DNA of 63,856 bases, filler included, from Vicugna vicugna (Eukaryota): NCBI GenBank assembly GCA_013265495.1. It is 79 parts of 77 records of this genome, joined end to end, with 100 filler letters (N's around TTAATTAATTAA, not from the genome) between each part and the next. Parts side by side here need not be neighbours in the genome. Positions count along the whole stretch, not along the records: positions 24,698 to 25,240 come from PNXW01028752.1; positions 25,341 to 26,083 come from PNXW01028753.1; positions 26,184 to 26,968 come from PNXW01028754.1; positions 27,069 to 27,683 come from MU063336.1; positions 27,784 to 28,260 come from PNXW01028758.1; positions 28,361 to 28,765 come from MU063337.1; positions 28,866 to 29,635 come from MU063338.1; positions 29,736 to 30,466 come from PNXW01028764.1; 71 more parts are not named here. One strand, given 5' to 3'. Numbering within the stretch: the stretch's first letter is position 1; each line of letters begins with the position of its first letter. The translations under genes and the position numbers were made by a program. Of the stretch, positions 24,924 through 35,623 are shown piece by piece. The notes beneath the pieces are model-generated. The model was given only the letters and a program-made list of their open reading frames with translations, did no database searches and had not been told where the DNA came from.

Positions 24924-25086
24924 TCTTTCTTTCTTTAAATTTTTCTTTTTTTTATTTATTTTGTTGAGGGGAGGTAATTAGGTTTATTCATTATCATTTA
25001 CTTTTTGGAGGAGGTACTGGGGATTGAAACCAGGACCTTGCGCATGCTAAGAAAGTGCTCTATCACTTGAGCTATCCACTCCCCCC
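24924..25086 (-). mobile_element. Vic-1-type tRNA-derived SINE (camelid)
   Basis: Minus strand GGGGGGAGTGGATAGCTCAAGTGATAGAGC...GGTTTCAATCCCCAGTACCTCC...AAACCTAATTACCTCCCC plus an A-rich tail; A/B boxes; TSD-like AATTTCTT at ~24916 and ~25089. Confidence 0.88.
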
Positions 25087-25340
25087 AGAATTTCTTGAAT
25101 AGTGGTGAAGATTACATTGCCCTATATGTACTTTGATGGCAAGACAGCAGTGTTTGGAGGACCTTGCTCTGGCTCAGAGGACCAGGGCCGATAGCCCTAG
25201 TACTGCACATGGATGTTCATAAGCTGCTGATGCTACTTGGNNNNNNNNNNNNNNNNNNNNNNNNNNNNNNNNNNNNNNNNNNNNTTAATTAATTAANNNN
25301 NNNNNNNNNNNNNNNNNNNNNNNNNNNNNNNNNNNNNNNN

Positions 25341-26083
25341 GCAGCGCCTGGGTTCTAATAGTATCCTTTTGCTTGTAATACCTGAATTGTACCCAAGGCC
25401 TGGCTCTGAGGGATAGCTGGGGTTTGGGTTTTGAGGCCAAATAGTAGCGAGTGCCCCCCGATGGACTGAGGAATAGTTTAGATGATTTCTCCCTAAAGGG
25501 TTACACCTGTGCCCACATCCATCTATGTGGAGTGCGGATAAACATATCCCTCCCCCCACAAGTCTGGCTACCGGAATATGAGAGTGGGAAAGTTCCTCCA
25601 GCTTACATCAGTGCCAGTGTTCTAGTAGAATCCTTAAGCTTCTGTTCCCTGATGGATTGCATTAGCTGGAGACCAAGTAATAATGAGTGCCTCTCCATGG
25701 GAATTGGAGGTGTTTAACCAACAACCCCCAACAAGGGTATACCTTTGCCCCCTGGAATATGCGTGGACACTGTTTCTCCACCAACAGTACACACACGAAG
25801 AAGCTTTCTGGAATCCTGAGCATGGGTAGACTACTCCAAATGACAGAAGCACCTGGGATCTATTAGAATCCCTTAGCTTGTGTTCCCTGAGTATTTACAT
25901 AGGCCAGGCTTTGATCTATTGTGGGGTTTGTTCTCTATAGCTAGGTTTTAGCGAATGCCTCTCTATTGGCATGGAGATTTTAAAACTACATCCCTAACCT
26001 TGAAACTCCTGCTCCCCATATAAATGCGTGGTCTCCCATTCCCCACATCCAGCACACCCACGAAGAACAGTTCTGGTATACTG
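25341..26083 (-). repeat. Satellite C
   Basis: About 2.8 diverged monomers; core at 25341, ~25608 and ~25846. Confidence 0.88.
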
Positions 26084-26639
26084 NNNNNNNNNNNNNNNNN
26101 NNNNNNNNNNNNNNNNNNNNNNNNNNNTTAATTAATTAANNNNNNNNNNNNNNNNNNNNNNNNNNNNNNNNNNNNNNNNNNNNATTTTTGTGAGAGTCAG
26201 CAATGAAGAAGATGAACAGTGAAGAAGGTGATCATCGTTCGAGTGAGACAAGCCCTGAGTTGTGCGGAGTCAGCAACCCTGTCCTGGACACGGCACGTGT
26301 AGAGCTGCGTGGTGGGTGAGGCGGCGCAGCCGCACAGGAAACGCGGATGCTGGGCCATTGGGCTGTGCTCAGGCCTGGTGGGGCTTTCTCCTAAGAGCAG
26401 TGGACCATCATTGACAGATTTTAAGTAGGAGAGTGGGGTTCTCTCGTAGTTCACTTTTGTCTTCTAGAATGTTTGGAAACATTTAGAAGGCTTGGCAGGA
26501 GATGATGTGATGAGTCAGAGTAGGGTGGCTGCGAGGGGTAGCAGTGTTCAATTTTCAAGTGGTTTTCAGGCCCAGGCTTGTGGCTTAGTAGCCGTGTCAG
26601 TTTGAATGACACACGCAAGGAAGTGAAACAATTTATCTA

Positions 26640-26760
26640 ATTAATTGAAGCAGTGATGTACCCAATTCCCAGGACTGTTGTGGAGATCCAATGAGATACC
26701 CTGTGCAGTGTGCAGCATGGTCTCCAGCACAGAGTTAATGCTGAGTGAGTGCCAGTGAGT
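26640..26760 (+). mobile_element. MIR fragment
   Basis: CAGGACTGTTGTGGAGATCCAATGAGAT...GCACAGAGTTAATGCT resembles the MIR core and 3' end. Confidence 0.5.
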
Positions 26761-27068
26761 ATCTGGTAGGTTAGTTGAGGGTGGTGGGACTCGAGGTCCC
26801 TGAAGGTCCATTCACTTATGTGATTGATGGGCCTGAGTTGTGAGACGCAGGGAGACCTTACCCCCCGAACAGGGGCCCTGTTAAGGACGGCTATGGGAGG
26901 AAAACCGTGAAGTCAGGTCTCTTCATGTGGAGTTGGAGGTGCCTTTGAGACAACTAAGTGCAGTGTCANNNNNNNNNNNNNNNNNNNNNNNNNNNNNNNN
27001 NNNNNNNNNNNNTTAATTAATTAANNNNNNNNNNNNNNNNNNNNNNNNNNNNNNNNNNNNNNNNNNNN

Positions 27069-27683
27069 ACCAACGGTCGGCAGCGCGTGGGTTCTAACGG
27101 AAGGACTAAGCTCATCTCCCCTGAGTGTTTTCCTAAATTCTCTGCGCCAGGGAATGCTAGGGGTGTTTACAGGATATCCCAGTGTCCGAGTCTGACTCCC
27201 AAAGATCAGGGAATGTATGTCTCAGACTTCCCCGAACAGGGAACACCTGTGACTAAAGAGAGCTGCGTGGAGTTGTCTCTCGAGCTCCCCCACGCACTGA
27301 CAATGGTTCCGGAATCCTAAGCGTGGGGAGGTTCCACCAACGGTCGGCAGCGCGTGGGTTCTAACGGAAAGCCNNNNNNNNNNNNNNNNNNNNNNNNNNN
27401 NNNNNNNNNNNNNNNNNNNNNNNNNNNNNNNNNNNNNNNNNNNNNNNNNNNNNNNNNNNNNNNNNNNNNNNNNNNNNNNNNNNNNNNNNNNNNNNNNNNN
27501 NNNNNNNNNNNNNNNNNNNNNNNNNNNNNNNNNNNNNNNNNNNNNNNNNNNNNNNNNNNNNNNNNNNNNNNNNNNNNNNNNNNNNNNNNNNNNNNNNNNN
27601 NNNNNNNNNNNNNNNNNNNNNNNNNNNNNNATCGTCTTCCCTGAGGCTTTTCCTAAAGTCTCTGTGCCAGGGAATGCTAGGGG
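27069..27683 (-). repeat. Satellite A
   Basis: ACCAACGGTCGGC at 27069 and 27336 (267 bp). Confidence 0.95.
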
Positions 27684-27783
27684 NNNNNNNNNNNNNNNNN
27701 NNNNNNNNNNNNNNNNNNNNNNNNNNNTTAATTAATTAANNNNNNNNNNNNNNNNNNNNNNNNNNNNNNNNNNNNNNNNNNNN

Positions 27784-28260
27784 CATAGGTTTTTTCTGTC
27801 ACCAGTTTCTTAAATCGGAATTTTTGAATAAAAAAACTTTCTTTGTGAGAATTGTCACCAATACACATTTAATTAACACTGTTTCCATCAGCATGCCATT
27901 CCGTATTCTGAACATGTTTCATGCACCACGGATTCCACAAACATGCATTTCTGACTTGTGAACATGTGGATGACTGATGTTTCAACCACTGTACTATGTA
28001 CCTATGTTCTTTGAAGTATTTATTTTGACTTCGTTGATTTTTCCTATACCAGTTTCAAGAATCACAGTTTTATCCCAAAAAATCTCTTGGAGCCTATTCT
28101 AACCTATAGATATGTAATTTGAATAGATTCCAAGATATTCCGTGCCGTGTACATGCTACATGCATTACAGATTCGACAAACATGAATTACTGAGTTCACA
28201 GCATGTGGATTACTGATCTTTCATCCTCTATAAATGGATTAATTTCATCTAGAAACGTGT
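27784..28260 (-). repeat. Satellite B (more diverged copy)
   Basis: Collinear with the B reverse complement, with more substitutions. Confidence 0.9.
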
Positions 28261-28865
28261 NNNNNNNNNNNNNNNNNNNNNNNNNNNNNNNNNNNNNNNN
28301 NNNNTTAATTAATTAANNNNNNNNNNNNNNNNNNNNNNNNNNNNNNNNNNNNNNNNNNNNAAAAGCTCTAAATTCTGTTCATCCATAATCCCTTTCTGCT
28401 GTTCACCCCCACCCATGATCCATGTGTGTAGTTTCTCAGTCAGCTATTCCAGGTTTTAAATAGTTTGTAAATTTTCAGTTTCTACACACTTTATCATCGA
28501 CTTGTGATTTTGTAATTAAAGCGTTTTAGTTCCCTTCTCTGTTCAGCTGTTAATGCTGAGACTCATATCTNNNNNNNNNNNNNNNNNNNNNNNNNNNNNN
28601 NNNNNNNNNNNNNNNNNNNNNNNNNNNNNNNNNNNNNNAATATAAATACAATTTAGTTCTGTAATGTCAGGAATTTTTCAAAAAAATTTAAAGATGACTG
28701 GAGCTAAATAAATATATAAATACATTCATTCTAATCAATGCTCCCTGACTTGCTACCTTACCTTTNNNNNNNNNNNNNNNNNNNNNNNNNNNNNNNNNNN
28801 NNNNNNNNNTTAATTAATTAANNNNNNNNNNNNNNNNNNNNNNNNNNNNNNNNNNNNNNNNNNNN

Positions 28866-29635
28866 GAATGCTTGTGCTCGTCTCCCCTGAGGGTTTTCCT
28901 CAAGTCTCTGGGCCAGGGAATGCTAGGGGGGGTTGCAGGGATCCCAGTGACAGAGGCTGCATCCCACAGTTTAGGGAAGGTATTTCTCTGTCTTCCCCGT
29001 GCAGGGAACACCTGTGACTGAAGAGAGCTGCGTGGAGTTGTCTCTCGAGCTCCCCCACGCACTGACAACGGTTCCGGAATCCTGAGCGTGGGGATGTTCC
29101 ACCAACGGTCGGCAGCGCGTGGGTTTAAGGGAATGCTTGTGCTCGTCTCCCCTGAGTGTTTTCCTCATGTCTGTGTGCCAGGGAATGCTAGGGGTGGTTG
29201 GAGGAAATCCCAGTGTCCGAGGATGCCTCCCTCAATTCAGGGAAGGTATTTCTCGGACTTCCCCGAGCAGGGAACACCTGTGACTGAAGAGCGCTGCGTG
29301 GAGTTGTCTCTCGAGCTCCCAAAATGAATGACAATGGTTCCGGAATNNNNNNNNNNNNNNNNNNNNNNNNNNNNNNNNNNNNNNNNNNNNNNNNNNNNNN
29401 NNNNNNNNNNNNNNNNNNNNNNNNNNNNNNNNNNNNNNNNNNNNNNNNNNNNNNNNNNNNNNNNNNNNNNNNNNNNNNNNNNNNNNNNNNNNNNNNNNNN
29501 NNNNNNNNNNNNNNNNNNNNNNNNNNNNNNNNNNNNNNNGGAACACATGTGACTGAAGAGAGCTGGGTGGAGTTGTCTCTCGAGATCCCGCACTCACTGA
29601 CAATATTTCCGGAATCCTGAGCGTGGGGAGGTTCC
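28866..29635 (-). repeat. Satellite A (GAGCACA variant)
   Basis: GAATGCTTGTGCTCGTCTCCCC at 28866 and 29131. Confidence 0.95.
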
Positions 29636-29735
29636 NNNNNNNNNNNNNNNNNNNNNNNNNNNNNNNNNNNNNNNNNNNNTTAATTAATTAANNNNNNNNN
29701 NNNNNNNNNNNNNNNNNNNNNNNNNNNNNNNNNNN

Positions 29736-30466
29736 ATTTCCCTGTTCGGGGAAGTACGAGAAATAACTTCCCTGAACTTGCGGAGTTAGCCTCGGTCACT
29801 GGGATATTGTGCAATCACCCCTAGCATTCCCTGGCACAGAGACATTTGGAAAATCCTCAGGGGAGACGAGCTTAGGCATTCCGTTTGAACCCACGCGCTA
29901 CCGACCGTTGGTGGAACCTCCCAAAGCTCAGTATTCCGGAACCGTTGTCAGTGCGTGGGGGAGCTCGAGAGACAACTTCACGCAGCTCTCTACAGTCACA
30001 GGACTTCCCTGTTCGGGGATGTACGAGACATAATTTTCCTGAACTTGGGGAGGGAGCCTCGGTCACTGGGATATTGTGCAATCAACCCTAGTATTCCCTG
30101 GCACAGAGATATTAGGAAATCCCTCTGGGAAGACGAGCATTGGATTTCTATTAGAACCCACGCGCTGCCGACCGTTGGTGGAACCTCCCCACGCTCAGGA
30201 TTCCGAAACCATTGTCAGTGCGTGGGGGAGCACGAGAGACAACTCCACGCAGCTCTCTTCAGTCACAGGTGTTCCCTGTACGGGGAAGTCCGAAAAATAC
30301 CTTCCCTGACCTTGGGGAGGCAGCATCTGTCACTGGGATATCCTGCAAACCCCCCTAGCATTCCCTGGCACAGAGACATTAGGAAAAGCTTCAGGGGAGA
30401 CAGTCCGTTAGAACCCACGCCCTGTCGACCGTGGGTGGAACCTCCCCACGCTCAGGATTCCGGAAC
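29736..30466 (+). repeat. Satellite A
   Basis: About 2.7 ungapped tandem monomers. Confidence 0.96.
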
Positions 30467-30566
30467 NNNNNNNNNNNNNNNNNNNNNNNNNNNNNNNNNN
30501 NNNNNNNNNNTTAATTAATTAANNNNNNNNNNNNNNNNNNNNNNNNNNNNNNNNNNNNNNNNNNNN

Positions 30567-30751
30567 GCCTCCTCTCCGAGCTCTATGAGTTGATCGGCTT
30601 CCACTGCAAGTTCGCCTCCTTCAAGCGGGTGGCCCCCGTGAGCATGCGGCCCCCGGCATCCCAGAGCCTGGCGGGAAGGCCTGCTACCGACTCCTTCTGC
30701 AGACGCTTCCTGGCTACAGTCTGTCGCTGGACCTGCAGGACTTCAGCAAAG
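30567..30751 (+). pseudogene. TRAPPC9: Frameshifted duplicate of a TRAPPC9 internal exon (unprocessed pseudogene fragment)
   Basis: Reads [24 protein letters not shown] / [36 protein letters not shown] versus recalled TRAPPC9 [61 protein letters not shown]. 1-nt deletion at ~30641; GT donor at 30752 followed by intron-like sequence. Confidence 0.9.
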
Positions 30752-30847
30752 GTGTTGGAACTAAAATATTGCTCCAGTCCCATTAACCATGCCTGGTTTG
30801 GGCCCTGCTGTCCTGTCTCATCCGGGTGAATTTTGATTCGTTTAGAA

Positions 30848-30945
30848 CAGGGCTCAGCAGACTTTTTCTGTCAAGGGCTTGGGAGTAAATATTTCAGGGT
30901 CTGCAAACCTCCTGATCTCTGGTGCAGCTGCTCAGATCAGACCCC
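30848..30945. mobile_element. MER58-like fragment
   Basis: CAGGGCTCAGCAGACTTTTTCTGTCAAGGGC...GTAAATATTTCAGG resembles the start of the element at 21886. Confidence 0.65.
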
Positions 30946-30969
30946 AGCCAGACATTCCACACACCCACA

Positions 30970-31304
30970 GAGCTTTACTCACAGCGGTGACTGGGGCTGA
31001 ATTGGGTGTATGAACTTCAGTTTGTCCCCACAGCCTCCTCACTATTGACACCTGCACCTGAGTGTGCATTTGTGATAATGGGTGAACCTACAATGACATG
31101 TCATCATCACCCAGAGCCCATAATTGACACTAGGATTTACACTTGGTGGTGTGCACTCTGTGGGTTTGGACAGATGTACAATGACATGTATCCACCATCA
31201 CAGCATCATACAGAGTATTCTGTCTTAGTGACCTTAAAATGCTCCATGCTGCACCTCATTCCTTCCCCTCTAGCCTCTGACAGCCACTGATCTTTTAGTC
31301 TCTG
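30970..31304 (-). mobile_element. Old L1 (L1MC-like) 3' end
   Basis: TGAACCTACA.TGACA..TCAT.ATCACCCA.AG.CCATA and GGGTTTGGACA.ATGTA.AATGACATGTATCCACCAT.A. Confidence 0.75.
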
Positions 31305-32222
31305 NNNNNNNNNNNNNNNNNNNNNNNNNNNNNNNNNNNNNNNNNNNNTTAATTAATTAANNNNNNNNNNNNNNNNNNNNNNNNNNNNNNNNNNNNNNNN
31401 NNNNTGGGTGAGGGGATGTTTCCATTGCTGCGTACATGGGAGCGAGTAAGCGCATGTTGCATTGCTTCTCTGCCAACTGGGAATCGAGGAATCAACCCTT
31501 TCCAGATACATTTCACAGAAATGTGGTTTTGGTTTAGCTCTTTGTTTCCATACAGCCGTGGTGGGAGGGATTGTCCGAAGACTCTAGTTTTGACATTGTC
31601 TTGATATCTCATTTGCAGCCTTTAAAAAGTTTAATAGAATTGATTTACATGTTTTGGGAGTTATACGAAAATGAAGTTAGTTTCTGAAAGATACTAAATC
31701 GACCTAGAATCAAGACTTGACAATTTTGGTANNNNNNNNNNNNNNNNNNNNNNNNNNNNNNNNNNNNNNNNNNNNNNNCAGTCCAAACAAGGGGTCATGT
31801 CAACTCTTTAGTGTTGAAGCCTACGAAACCAACAGGAGCCATGAAATAACTATTGGAGAAATGAAACAACCCCCATCCTTGGATTCCCTTGTGCATGTGG
31901 TGCCCTTTACTCCCAATGACACNNNNNNNNNNNNNNNNNNNNNNNNNNNNNNNNNNNNNNNNNNNNTTAATTAATTAANNNNNNNNNNNNNNNNNNNNNN
32001 NNNNNNNNNNNNNNNNNNNNNNATTACTACTGCACCTTATCCCACAGAGGCATGGAAGCTCATTTACACAGAAAAGGCACTTACTAAATGCCGTTAGGGG
32101 ACTCACAGTGTTTCTGGGAGGACCCAAGAGCCAGCCTTGGGGGCTTTTCAGTGAGAACATCTCCCCGGCACAGCCTTCACCACTGACACTGGACAGCAGA
32201 CACCAGGACGCCAATACCACCG

Positions 32223-32410
32223 TCTTCCACCACCACCCTTGCCCTGCCTCCAAACTGGACTCTGCCCAGTGCATGCTGTCTCCCATTCACCACCTGCAGT
32301 TCCAAGTCTTGCTAGACTTTCTTCCACCACCGCCCTTGCCCTGCCTCCAAACTGGACTCCGCCCAGTGCATGCTCTCTCCCATTCACCACCTGCAGATCC
32401 AAGTCTTGCT
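32223..32410. repeat. Tandem duplication, 97-bp period, ~2 copies
   Basis: CTTCCACCACC.CCCTTGCCCTGCCTCCAAACTGGACTC... at 32224 and 32321 with about 4 mismatches. Confidence 0.92.
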
Positions 32411-34430
32411 GAGGCCACATGGTAGCCACCTGGTACAGCTGCAAGGGCAGCTAAAAGAACACTTTTCTTTCTGGTGCCTTCTTTAACAAGAGGACATTCA
32501 AAAAGTAGGAAGGTCCCCAAATACAGAAAAGGCGTTCAAAGGTCTTCAGGACAGCCAAAAATGTGACAAATGCCCACTCCAAAGCTGTTTGAGGAATCAC
32601 CCCAAATGAAATAAAATACGGTTCCAAATTAAAAAGAAAGAACAAGAAGGGAGGGCTGGAAAAACAACCTACCTACTGAGGGGATTCCTGCAAAGTGTGC
32701 CTCGTGTCCAGGTCATCTGTGATGCTTAGGGCCTGGGGGTAGCTCACGCTGTTTTGTGAGCTGCTGCTGGGACCACCATAGCACTGGAGTTCTCCTGTAC
32801 ACAAGCTTATACTCGGGGTCGCCTCTTTCTAGCCCTCAGACANNNNNNNNNNNNNNNNNNNNNNNNNNNNNNNNNNNNNNNNNNNNTTAATTAATTAANN
32901 NNNNNNNNNNNNNNNNNNNNNNNNNNNNNNNNNNNNNNNNNNTCCTCTCAGAATCATCATGGCTAGAGATGAATATTTGTAGACATGAAATGTGTTTTTT
33001 GTATTTGAACTCTATGGTCCCCTAAATTCTCCCTGGCTTTTTAAAGTCATCACTGGGGTGCTACCTCCAGAGTGCCCCAAAGCATCCACCACTGCCTGTT
33101 CTTCGGACACTGTGAGTTTCCAAGTTGGAGAAGGCTGCTGGCTGGTGAGGCATTCTTTGGCACATCTCTGGTTGGCTGATGTGAGCTTAGCACCCAAGAC
33201 TTGGCAGACAGTAACTAACCACGATCACGTCCATTTCTGGAATACTCATGGAGGATTTTAGACCTATGCTAGTGGCATACGTTATTTCATTTAGTTTTCC
33301 CAAGAATCATAATTAGATTTTATCACCTGTATTAATACGGTAACTGTCAAATCGAGTGACGTGCAGACTTTGGACTGGAAATCGGGTCTTTCTGATCCCT
33401 GTCTCTGTTCCCTCCCATCCAGATGGTCAGGAGACTCTTCCTCAGTCTTGAGTTTCCGGCTGATGTTACCACTCTCTTTGTTTCTAGGAGAGGAAAACAA
33501 GTCTAAACTTACTTTCCGGTTGCAAATGGAATGGAGCGATAACGTTGGAAGCCGGGAGAGTCTGTCCAGCGATGAAGTGGTCTCCGAGCCACTTCCACTG
33601 GGACGTCACGTCACTGTCTGAGCCCCTTGCACAGCCTGTGCACAGGTGACAGCACAGATGTTCCGAGCAGTCCTCCCGGACAGGGCAGTGGGTTGGAAAT
33701 GAGTTTGGGGATTTGGTTTCATTACACAAGTTCCTGAGGGCCTTGACCTGGCACTTCGAGTGGGAGCATTCCCTGTCCCACAGACTGTGCTCTGGGCCCN
33801 NNNNNNNNNNNNNNNNNNNNNNNNNNNNNNNNNNNNNNNNNNNNNNNNNNNNNNNNNNNNNNNNNNNNNNNNNNNNNNNNNNNNNNNNNNNNNNNNNNNN
33901 NNNNNNNNNNNNNNNNNNNNNNNNNNNNNNNNNNNNNNNNNNNNNNNNNNNNNNNNNNNNNNNNNNNNNNNNNNNNNNNNNNNNNNNNNNNNNNNNNNNN
34001 NNNNNNNNNNNNNNNNNNNNNNNNNNNNNNNNNNNNNNNNNNNNNNNNNNNNNNNNNNNNNNNNNNNNNNNNNNNNNNNNNNNNNNNNNNNNNNNNNNNN
34101 NNNNNNNNNNNNNNNNNNNNNNNNNNNNNNNNNNNNNNNNNNNNNNNNNNNNNNNNNNNNNNNNNNNNNNNNNNNNNNNNNNNNNNNNNNNNNNNNNNNN
34201 NNNNNNNNNNNNNNNNNNNNNNNNNNNNTATTTCAGGGGGGCCTTTCTAGTAAAAGGACAGGCGGAACGCGGAGAGTTGGGGCCTGGAGGGGGTCTGGAG
34301 CGTCTGCACAGCACTGCTTCCCTGCGTTTCNNNNNNNNNNNNNNNNNNNNNNNNNNNNNNNNNNNNNNNNNNNNTTAATTAATTAANNNNNNNNNNNNNN
34401 NNNNNNNNNNNNNNNNNNNNNNNNNNNNNN

Positions 34431-35623
34431 ACAGGTGTTCCCTGTTCGGGGAAGTCCGAAAAATATCTTCCATGATCTTGGGGAGGCAGCCACGGACACT
34501 GGGATATTCTGCAAACATCCCTAGCATTCCCTGGCATAGAGAGATTAGGAAAACCCTCAAGGGAGACGAGCTTAGGCATTTCGTTAGAACCCACGCGCTG
34601 CCGAACGTTGGTGGAACCTCCCCACGCACAGGATTCCGGAACCATTGTCAGTGCGTGGGGGAGCTCGAGAGACAACTCCACGCAGCTCTCTAAAGTNNNN
34701 NNNNNNNNNNNNNNNNNNNNNNNNNNNNNNNNNNNNNNNNNNNNNNNNNNNNNNNNNNNNNNNNNNNNNNNNNNNNNNNNNNNNNNNNNNNNNNNNNNNN
34801 NNNNNNNNNNNNNNNNNNNNNACGAGCACAGGTATTCCCTTAGAACCCACGCGCTGCCGACCGTTGGTGGAACCTCCCCACGCTCAGGGTTCCGGAACAA
34901 TTGCCATTGAGTGGGGAAGCTCTAGAGACAACTCCACGCAGCTCTCTTCAGTCACAGGTGTTCCCTGCTCTGGGAAGTCCGAGGAATACCTTCCCTGACC
35001 TTGGGGAGGCAGACTCTGTCACTGGGATTTCCTGCAACCCCCCCCTAGCATTCCCTGGCAGAGAGACATGAGGAAAACCCTCTGGGGAGACGAGCACAGG
35101 CATTACCTTAGAACCCACGCGCTGCCGACCGTTGGTGGAACCCCCCCACCCTCAGTATTCCGGAACCATTGTCATTGAGTGGGGCATATCGAGAGACAAC
35201 TCCACGAAGCTCTCTTCAGTCACAGGTGTTCCCTGCTCGGGGAAGTCCAAGAAATACCTTCCCTGAACTTAGGGAGGCAGCCTCTGTCACTGGGATGTCC
35301 TGCANNNNNNNNNNNNNNNNNNNNNNNNNNNNNNNNNNNNNNNNNNNNNNNNNNNNNNNNNNNNNNNNNNNNNNNNNNNNNNNNNNNNNGTTGGTGGAAC
35401 CTCCCCACCCTCAGGATTCCGGAAACATTGTCATTGAGTGGGGGAGCTCGAGAGACAGCTCCACGAAGCTCTCTTCAGTCACAGGTGTTCCCTGCTAGGG
35501 GAAGTCCGAGAAATAACTTCCCTGACCATGTGGAGGCAGCCTCTGTCTGTGGGATTTCCTGCAACCTCCCCTAGCATCCCCTGGCACAGAGACAAGAGGA
35601 AAACCCTCAGGGGAGACGAGCAC
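34431..35623 (+). repeat. Satellite A
   Basis: About 4.5 monomers with small gaps. Confidence 0.95.

Noticed and set aside
25010..25086. tRNA gene
   Set aside because: The tRNA-like head is followed by a SINE body, A-rich tail and TSD, and the stems are degenerate.
33538..33557. TAACGTTGGAAGCCGGGA resembling a CENP-B box
   Set aside because: It lacks TTCG, spacing is off by one, and it lies in non-satellite sequence.
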